IMG/VR virus record: IMGVR_UViG_3300025237_000001
Location: 32,001-96,000 of that record
Length of the DNA stretch: 64,000 nucleotides
Reading direction: 5' to 3' (one strand)
Origin: a virus
Below the pieces are notes generated by a model. It was not told the DNA's origin. It made no database searches and worked only from the letters and a program-made list of their open reading frames with translations. A program made the translations under genes and the position numbers. This document shows, piece after piece, positions 57,446 to 64,000 of the stretch (its first letter is position 1; the number at the start of each line of letters is the position of its first letter).

Positions 57446-57501
57446 TAGCTTTCAACTATTTACCTAATATCAAATATTTATCAATATACACTTTAAAGAA
57501 T

Positions 57502-58020
57502 ATGAGTAATAAAAGAAAAATACCGATTAAAAGAATTAATAAATTCTTCTCTGGAAGAGACTTCGATTTGGAAGTTCAAATGGGTCGTGAGGCAATGGAA
57601 GGTGATGGTAATTTTACTGTCATACTATATCGAGTTGATAGAGCTACAACCCAAGTTGACGATTTATATGGTGAGGCTAGTGCGGATGAAATTAATTATT
57701 TAGCACCAGTTGAATTATATGTGATTCCTATCATAGACGAAGCAACCAATGAAACATATGCAAAAGGTTTCCTAAATAATTTAGAAGATGGAAATATGAC
57801 ATTTATAGTTTACGTTGAACATTTGTCTGAATTAGATGTTGATATTACTATGGGAGATTACGTAGCTTATCCTATCAATGAAACAGATGTTGTTTATTAT
57901 TCTGTGACCAATGCTGGTCAAAAAAATTACGACAATGCCCATACAATAATGGGGTATAAAGGTGCATACAGAAAGGTTACATGTACTTTTGCTAACGAAG
58001 ATGAATTTAAAGGAATATAA
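57502..58020 (+). CDS. neck/head-tail joining protein (gp14-like)
   Basis: DDLYGE...PVEL...TFIVYVEHL..GDY; start moved to MSNKRK downstream of TATTTAT. Confidence 0.5.
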   Translation: MSNKRKIPIKRINKFFSGRDFDLEVQMGREAMEGDGNFTVILYRVDRATTQVDDLYGEASADEINYLAPVELYVIPIIDEATNETYAKGFLNNLEDGNMTFIVYVEHLSELDVDITMGDYVAYPINETDVVYYSVTNAGQKNYDNAHTIMGYKGAYRKVTCTFANEDEFKGI

Positions 58021-58023
58021 ATT

Positions 58024-58767
58024 ATGCCACTACCAAAAGGTTTTAGAAAAAATGTAAAGTTTATTAATCAAAACATCGGTCCTGAAAAAAGACAAGACAT
58101 TCTTGATGATATAGATTATAAGGGTATGTACTTACCTAAAGGGGTTGATTACGAAGATATTGATAGAGGATTTCTTGATTTCACGGATGATGAATTATCT
58201 GTTGAAGTTGATGGTAATTCAGTACCAGTAAGATTTTTAACACTACAAAGATTTGCTGAATTCAGTAAAACTTGGACATTTTCAGATAAATTTAAAAATC
58301 TAAAGATGCCTTTCATTACCGTAGTTAGACAACCTGATATTCAAGTTGGTACTAACCAAGCGGGTATATGGAATATTCCAGGTCAACAGGTTTATACATA
58401 TATGAAAATACCTAACCTTGTAGGTGGTGTAAAGGGTATTGACACCTATAAGATTCCACAACCAACTTCAGTCGATATTACATATGATGTAAGATTCTTT
58501 TGTAATAGAATGAGGGATTTAAACATATTACACAAAGTAGTTCAAACGACATTTAATTCTAGACAATTTTACATTACAGTAAATGGACATCCAATGCCTA
58601 TTCACTTAGAGAAAATTGGTGATGAAAGTCAAGTTGATGACTTTGATAAAAGAAGATTTTACGTTCAACATTTCGAAATGAAGATATTGGGGTATATATT
58701 AGATGAGGACGATTTTGAATTTATACCAACCATTAATAGAGGTAATATAAAATTTACCGAACAATAA
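58024..58767 (+). CDS. tail completion/terminator protein (gp15-like), copy 1
   Basis: KMPFITVVR, PQPTSVDITYDVRF; context next to the neck gene. Confidence 0.5.
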   Translation: MPLPKGFRKNVKFINQNIGPEKRQDILDDIDYKGMYLPKGVDYEDIDRGFLDFTDDELSVEVDGNSVPVRFLTLQRFAEFSKTWTFSDKFKNLKMPFITVVRQPDIQVGTNQAGIWNIPGQQVYTYMKIPNLVGGVKGIDTYKIPQPTSVDITYDVRFFCNRMRDLNILHKVVQTTFNSRQFYITVNGHPMPIHLEKIGDESQVDDFDKRRFYVQHFEMKILGYILDEDDFEFIPTINRGNIKFTEQ

Positions 58768-58774
58768 TTAAATT

Positions 58775-59806
58775 ATGCCACAAGGATATAAAAAAGATGT
58801 AAAGTTTATTAATCAAAATGTTGGTCCTGAAAAAAGACAAGACATTCTTGATGATATAGATTATAAAGGAAGTTACTTACCTAAAAGTATCTATTACGAA
58901 GATATTGATAAAACATTTCTTGATTTTATTGATAATATTCTAGAGATAGAGATTAATGGGGTGAAGGTGCCTGTCTATTTTTTTACAATACAAAGATTTG
59001 CTGAATTCAGTAAATTGTGGGATACTTCAGATAAATTTAAAAATGTTAAAATTCCATTCATTACCGTAGTTAGACAACCTGATATTCAAGTTGGTACTAA
59101 CCAAGCGGGTATATGGAATATTCCAGGTCATAAATTATACACCTATATGAAGGTACCTAATTTTGTTGGTGGTCGTGGTGGGGTTGATTTATACAAGATT
59201 CCACAACCAACTTCAGTCGATGTAACATATGATGTAAGATTCTTTTGTAATAGAATGAGGGATTTAAATATGTTTAATAGAAAGACACAATTTACTTTCC
59301 AATCAAGACAATATTATATAAACGTTGGTGGACATCCAATGCCTATTCACTTAGAGAAAATTGGTGACGAGAGTCAAGTTGATGATTTCGATAGAAGAAG
59401 ATTTTACGTTCAACACTTCGAAATGAAGGTTCTTGGATATATATTAGATGAAGACGATTTTGAATTTGTACCAACTGTAAATAGAATGATAGTGTTTACA
59501 GAATTAATGGATAAGACGATTAAACCTAAGATTGTAATTAGGTCATTTAAAGATATTGATGAAATATGTTTAAATGTTGTAATAAAAGCTGACCATTTTA
59601 GTGATGAGTTTATAATTACTATGATATATGATGCGGAGATAACTTCATTAACATTTGTTAAGAATGTTACAAACGTTAATATAGCAATAAATGGGGTTCA
59701 ACAAACATTCCCCTTTACTATCACAGCTAATCAACAAATGGTTTTAACCGTTGATAGAGACGAAAGTAATGAGTCTAAATTTCAAATAATTGGAATTGTT
59801 AAATAA
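58775..59806 (+). CDS. tail completion/terminator protein (gp15-like), copy 2 with an ~95-aa C-terminal extension
   Basis: Co-linear with 58024-58767 over ~240 aa. Confidence 0.5.
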   Translation: MPQGYKKDVKFINQNVGPEKRQDILDDIDYKGSYLPKSIYYEDIDKTFLDFIDNILEIEINGVKVPVYFFTIQRFAEFSKLWDTSDKFKNVKIPFITVVRQPDIQVGTNQAGIWNIPGHKLYTYMKVPNFVGGRGGVDLYKIPQPTSVDVTYDVRFFCNRMRDLNMFNRKTQFTFQSRQYYINVGGHPMPIHLEKIGDESQVDDFDRRRFYVQHFEMKVLGYILDEDDFEFVPTVNRMIVFTELMDKTIKPKIVIRSFKDIDEICLNVVIKADHFSDEFIITMIYDAEITSLTFVKNVTNVNIAINGVQQTFPFTITANQQMVLTVDRDESNESKFQIIGIVK

Positions 59807-59827
59807 AATTGATATAATAGAATAAAA

Positions 59828-60790
59828 ATGAGTGATGTTAATAAAACATATGTATTTGAGACAGTATTAATTAGTGGTACAACTGGTACTACTGCCGAGT
59901 ATATAACTGGTGCTACTTTTAATCCTACTACAGGTGATTTAAATTTAGAAACAGTTTCTGGAAATACAATTACTACTAATTTTGATGGTAGGTATTCCTT
60001 AACGGGGCATACTCATGATGATTTATATTCCTTAACAGGACATACTCATGATGATTTATATTCCTTAACAGGACATACTCATGATGATTTATATTCCTTA
60101 ACAGGACATACTCATACCATATCTGAAATAGTTGATTTTCCAACTTCCTTATCCGCATTTACTAATGATGAAGGTTTTATTACTGAAGATACTAACGATT
60201 TTGTAACAGGAGCAACATTTAACACATTAACTGGTGAATTTATTTTAACTACACTTTCAGGTAATACGGTAAGTGAAACTCTAGATGGTAGGTATTTATT
60301 ATCTGATGATTACACACCAAGTGATTCTAACACCGATGATTATGTAACTGGAGGTACATTTAATAATGAAATATTAGAATTTACTAGATTATCAGGTGCA
60401 ACATTTAATATTGATTTATCTAACACATATTCTCTTACAGGACATACTCATACCATGTCTGAAATAGTTGATTTTTCTGGTTCAACAGCTAATGATTACA
60501 CTACTACTGCTGAGCTTACTAGTGGTAACACTTTAAATTTCACAAGATTATCAGGTGGTACATATAATGTTGTTTTAACTGGTTTAACAGGTACTGTTGC
60601 TGGACCAATTACTTTTTCTGCGGAAACACTTAGTGGTACTACAACATATGTTGGTTATGGGGAGGTTAATGCTTGTAAAATTAGGAGAATTATTACTTCT
60701 TCTGGGACTACATATTCAGCATTTTGGTCCAATGGTGAAGAAACTTTAGATAAATTTTGGGCAAATAGATATAGTTATGGGTATTTTTAA
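59828..60790 (+). CDS. fibre-like virion protein with His-x-His repeats
   Basis: DYVTG.TFN modules shared with 38732/40775; SLTGHTH occurs five times. Confidence 0.68.
   Translation: MSDVNKTYVFETVLISGTTGTTAEYITGATFNPTTGDLNLETVSGNTITTNFDGRYSLTGHTHDDLYSLTGHTHDDLYSLTGHTHDDLYSLTGHTHTISEIVDFPTSLSAFTNDEGFITEDTNDFVTGATFNTLTGEFILTTLSGNTVSETLDGRYLLSDDYTPSDSNTDDYVTGGTFNNEILEFTRLSGATFNIDLSNTYSLTGHTHTMSEIVDFSGSTANDYTTTAELTSGNTLNFTRLSGGTYNVVLTGLTGTVAGPITFSAETLSGTTTYVGYGEVNACKIRRIITSSGTTYSAFWSNGEETLDKFWANRYSYGYF
59993..60115 (+). repeat. 33-bp tandem repeat (3.7 copies) encoding YSLTGHTHDDL
   Basis: TATTCCTTAACAGGACATACTCATGATGATTTA units at 59993, 60026, 60059 and partial 60092; the first unit has 2 synonymous changes. 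Confidence 0.92.
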
Positions 60791-60829
60791 TTAAAATACC
60801 CATATTTATAAGAAAGTATAAATTATTAA

Positions 60830-61564
60830 ATGAAAGCATTTCCAATAAGTCAAGATTTAGATGTTATACAAGCAGAAGTTGACTTAAATACAGCTAAGGT
60901 AACTGATTTAGTTCATCCACTTGTAGAGACAGCAGTTCCGTTAGGGGCTTTGTTCACTGATACAATTTATGATGACTCCGCTATACAAGCGGAAGTTGAC
61001 TTAAATACAGATAAAGTGACTGATTTAGTTCATCCATTGGTTGAAACGGCAGTGCCTATTGGAGCCTTATTTACTGATACAGTTTATGATGATGCAACAA
61101 TACAAGCAGAAGTTGACTTAAATACAGCTAAAGTAACTGATTTAGTTCACCCATTGGTTGAAACAGCGGTGCCTATTGGCGCATTATTCACTGATACAGT
61201 TTACGATGACTCTAATACATTAGTTGATTCAGACGCAAAAACTTTAGTAACTCCTACTAATAAATTAATTACAGAGGATGATGTTATTTCGGTTGCATCT
61301 ATGTTTGAAGTTGAAATAGATGTGGGTGCTACACCAGTATCAGAAGCAAGTATTTCAGTAACAGATGCCTCTATAACAACTAGCTCTAAAATACTTGGTA
61401 GTGTGGCTTATTTAGCCCCTACTGGGAAAGATTTAGACGAGATAGAAATGGATACTTTTGATTTAAAATTTGAACCATTGGTGGGTAGTTTCAATCTTAA
61501 GATTAAAGGATTAGAAGGGTATATAGCAGATAAATTCAAAATTAACTATTCCGTTTCAGTATAA
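60830..61564 (+). CDS. virion protein with three 39-aa tandem repeats
   Basis: IQAEVDLNT.KVTDLVHPLVETAVP.GALFTDT.YDD three times. Confidence 0.72.
   Translation: MKAFPISQDLDVIQAEVDLNTAKVTDLVHPLVETAVPLGALFTDTIYDDSAIQAEVDLNTDKVTDLVHPLVETAVPIGALFTDTVYDDATIQAEVDLNTAKVTDLVHPLVETAVPIGALFTDTVYDDSNTLVDSDAKTLVTPTNKLITEDDVISVASMFEVEIDVGATPVSEASISVTDASITTSSKILGSVAYLAPTGKDLDEIEMDTFDLKFEPLVGSFNLKIKGLEGYIADKFKINYSVSV
60866..61210 (+). repeat. 117-bp tandem repeat, 3 copies
   Basis: Units start at 60866, 60983 and 61100; mostly synonymous divergence. Confidence 0.9.
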
Positions 61565-61576
61565 AATATAAAAAAT

Positions 61577-62473
61577 ATGGCAATTATAAAATCAGGTGAA
61601 TCAACCGACCAACTAACAATAGACCCAACAAGTAAGGCAGCTAGAGTAACACTTTATGACACTGCGGGAGATGTTGTGGACCGTTCTATACCAATTAGTA
61701 TTCCTGTAAATCCAGTAACAGTAGTGGATAACGACCTTGTTGCGTCATTCGATGCGGGTGCATACAAATTTGTGTCTATCCAATTAACAGGAACATGGGT
61801 TGGTACAGTTTCATTTCAAGGTTCAAATGATAATGGAACTTTTGAGGATATTGTAGTACAAAATACAGGTTCAGTCCTTACTCCATATACATTAAGTAGT
61901 TCCACTAACGGTGGGGTAAAAATTCCAATTCTTTTTAAATATTTAAGAATACGAGTTACTGCATATAGTTCTGGAACTGTTGAAGGTACTGCTTTTGGAT
62001 TAAAAGAAGATTCCAACACAGGACAGATTTCATCTACTGGTATAGTAGATATTGGAGCTGGTCAAACAGTAGGTTTGGATGTAGGTGATAATATTATAGG
62101 GTCTGTTCGTCTATTATCTCCAATTACAGCTTCCACAATATACACTAAATTTATTTCAGGTATTGGAACTAATGAAACTTTAGTTAAAGGGAGTACCGCT
62201 AATATGATGACACTACATATTATAAGTACGGCTGCAACACCACGTTATTTTAAACTTTATAATAAAGCAACTACACCAATCGTAGGTACTGATGTACCAA
62301 TGATAACCATTGGTATGGCTAGTGCTGGGGCTAGTAATTTTCAAGTACCTTTATTTACTGGTATAGATTTTTCACTTGGTCTAGGGTTTGCAATTACTTT
62401 AGGTGTTGACGATAGCGATACAACTTCATTCACTGTGATTGGGGAGGTAACAGGTATGATAGGGTATACTTAA
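61577..62473 (+). CDS. virion structural protein with two beta-sandwich domains
   Basis: SIQLTGTWVGTVSFQGSND; RYFKLYNKATTP..GTDVP..F..GLGFAIT. Confidence 0.65.
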   Translation: MAIIKSGESTDQLTIDPTSKAARVTLYDTAGDVVDRSIPISIPVNPVTVVDNDLVASFDAGAYKFVSIQLTGTWVGTVSFQGSNDNGTFEDIVVQNTGSVLTPYTLSSSTNGGVKIPILFKYLRIRVTAYSSGTVEGTAFGLKEDSNTGQISSTGIVDIGAGQTVGLDVGDNIIGSVRLLSPITASTIYTKFISGIGTNETLVKGSTANMMTLHIISTAATPRYFKLYNKATTPIVGTDVPMITIGMASAGASNFQVPLFTGIDFSLGLGFAITLGVDDSDTTSFTVIGEVTGMIGYT

Positions 62474-62689
62474 AAAATAATAATTAAACAAAAATAATTA
62501 ACATGGAAACTACTACAGATGAAGCTTTTATTATATTACAAGGGGCAAGGTTAATATACACACAACTTATCGTTGTGAAGCTAATTCATCAAACACAGTT
62601 AAGTTAACTTAACATTTTATTTATTTTTTAATTTACTTTTAACTATTTATATATATAATAAAAAAGTATTAAAATTTAACAATATAATT

Positions 62690-62896
62690 ATGACAGCAAC
62701 AGAAATAGCAATAAGTGACTTAACCGTTCAGACAACAGCATTACTTGCTGCGGTTAATTTTTCGAAAACAAATCTTGAAAATCAAATCGCTAACGCAGTT
62801 GTTATATCAGAAAACGCATCACAAATACCACTTGCTACAATAGCAGTGTCCATTATAGACACACAAACAATATTTGTTAACAATTTAACTAAATAA
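62690..62896 (+). CDS. small helical protein, probably virion
   Basis: 68 aa; TATTTATA upstream; N-terminus similar to the next gene. Confidence 0.65.
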   Translation: MTATEIAISDLTVQTTALLAAVNFSKTNLENQIANAVVISENASQIPLATIAVSIIDTQTIFVNNLTK

Positions 62897-62897
62897 T

Positions 62898-63491
62898 ATG
62901 AGTATAGAAACAGAAATAGCGGCATTAACAACTTCAACAACAGCATTATTAAGTGCTGTCACAATACAACAAACAACTATTGAAGTTGCTGTATCAGGAT
63001 TTGCAACAACCACTACAAGAGTTGATGCTTTAAATTTAGTGGAGAATACGGCAGATGCAGATAAAGAAGTGAGTGGACCGCAAGCAACCGCAATTGGTTT
63101 AAAAGTTTCTGCAAGTGATTTAGCAAGTGTAAATGGTCAACCCTTAAATACAGGGTTAGCTTTAGTAATTGCGAGAGGTGCGATAGAAAAACCTGTATTA
63201 GTTTATGCAAGTAGAGCCACACTAAGAACACCTTCACTACCCGTTCCATTAGCGGGTGACATTCTAAATATTCCACACTTAGGGGAATTTCAATATGAAG
63301 TTAGTTTTAATTACGTTGATGATGATGAAACTGTATTTCAAGTAGTTGACCCATCTGATGGAGTAACTCCAATAGGTCAATGGGTTATGAGTTTAGAAGC
63401 TCATGAATTTACAGAGGTAAACAAGATGTTTGAAAATGCAGTATTATGGGAGTGGATGGAAGATGAACAATTAAGGTTTGCAACCTATTAA
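62898..63491 (+). CDS. putative fibre-associated virion protein
   Basis: VENTADADKEVSGPQATAI resembles the V.NT.D..KPVS..Q..Al fibre motif. Confidence 0.6.
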   Translation: MSIETEIAALTTSTTALLSAVTIQQTTIEVAVSGFATTTTRVDALNLVENTADADKEVSGPQATAIGLKVSASDLASVNGQPLNTGLALVIARGAIEKPVLVYASRATLRTPSLPVPLAGDILNIPHLGEFQYEVSFNYVDDDETVFQVVDPSDGVTPIGQWVMSLEAHEFTEVNKMFENAVLWEWMEDEQLRFATY

Positions 63492-63529
63492 AAAATAAAA
63501 AAGATATTAAAAAAATATATTAAAAAATT

Positions 63530-64000
63530 ATGGGATTATTTAGAGCAGAAAATTTACTACGTGGTGTTGAAGCACAAACCACGTCAGGTGCTGAATTAGA
63601 AACAATATTATCAGGTTCTACAGCACAAAAAGCTGAGTTTGGGGCAATGTTGAGTACAAGACATATGGCACGTAGGATGGCGGGAAACCCTATCACTATG
63701 ACTGCTATTAATGCAAGTGATAAAGCAATTGAGACGGTTTTCACAAACACATCTACATATAACTTTAGACCAATAGAAGAAATTGCTAAAAACTCAGGGG
63801 CGATGGTAAACACTTCAACAACTTTAACTTCACTTAATGCAGTGACCGCAAATTCAATAGCTTTTGGTTATTTTAGTGCGTCAGAATTTTATGAAGGAGT
63901 TGCTGGAGTTAATATTTTAAACATCTTATCAACATTAATTGGGGATGCTCCAGGAACTCACGCAAGTTTAGCTGCAATGGTTGCAAATACAACAGCAATG
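63530..64000 (+). CDS. 5' part of an Ala/Thr/Ser-rich virion protein running off the window
   Basis: ATG at 63530, open to 64000 (MGLFRAENLLRGVEAQTTSGAELETIL...); absent from the ORF track because no stop codon is present. Confidence 0.75.
   Translation, partial: MGLFRAENLLRGVEAQTTSGAELETILSGSTAQKAEFGAMLSTRHMARRMAGNPITMTAINASDKAIETVFTNTSTYNFRPIEEIAKNSGAMVNTSTTLTSLNAVTANSIAFGYFSASEFYEGVAGVNILNILSTLIGDAPGTHASLAAMVANTTAM

Noticed and set aside
58024-59806. Diversity-generating retroelement template/variable repeat pair
   Set aside because: Differences between the copies involve all four bases rather than adenines only, both copies are full genes, and no reverse transcriptase is in the window.
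62503-62607. 34-codon ORF METTTDEAFIILQG...
   Set aside because: Too short and without recognisable similarity. It may be real or a frameshifted remnant but cannot be supported.
371-63813. Many short ORFs in the track on the opposite strand or in alternate frames (e.g. 1773-2162, 5253-5657, 13673-13993, 31847-32248, 51931-52374, 63520-63813)
   Set aside because: They lie wholly inside well-supported genes and read as antisense shadows of biased codon usage (Ser/Pro/Leu-rich), with no motifs or start context.
1-64000. tRNA, rRNA, tmRNA or CRISPR array
   Set aside because: No cloverleaf/T-loop signatures and no repeat-spacer alternation were seen. All tandem repeats are in-frame coding repeats without unique spacers.
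1-64000. Alternative genetic code (TAG/TGA recoding, as in some large phages)
   Set aside because: Core genes (portal, capsid, PolB, SNF2) are full length and tightly packed under the standard code.

Overview
An AT-rich, gene-dense 64 kb segment of a large T4-like (jumbo-type) tailed phage genome, read in the standard genetic code. The host is probably Bacteroidota, inferred from TTG/TTTG-N19-20-TAnnTTTG promoters, SD-less A-rich start contexts and a lipoprotein signal. Layout: (1) head module at 1-8.9 kb (probable terminase tail, portal, prohead protease, scaffold, major capsid); (2) two capsid-adjacent multidomain genes, a SMODS-associated-NUDIX-like protein and a ParB/Srx-kinase fusion, sharing an N-terminal MxLxxLY..E motif; (3) a minus-strand block with small early genes, a vWA gene, a gene bracketed by a perfect 15-bp inverted repeat, baseplate/virion genes, a gp55-like sigma factor, a ~15 kb glycosylation island, phoH and dut; (4) a plus-strand block of modular tail-fibre/virion genes, a retropepsin lipoprotein and a neck protein; (5) PolB, a terminase-ATPase/RHH fusion, glutaredoxin and an SNF2 helicase; (6) neck and duplicated tail-completion genes plus repeat-rich fibres. 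A TATTTAT(A) motif, the reverse complement of the T4 late promoter, precedes most structural genes. No tRNA, rRNA, CRISPR array, integrase or reverse transcriptase was recognised. All family assignments come from motif recognition by eye, not from database searches.
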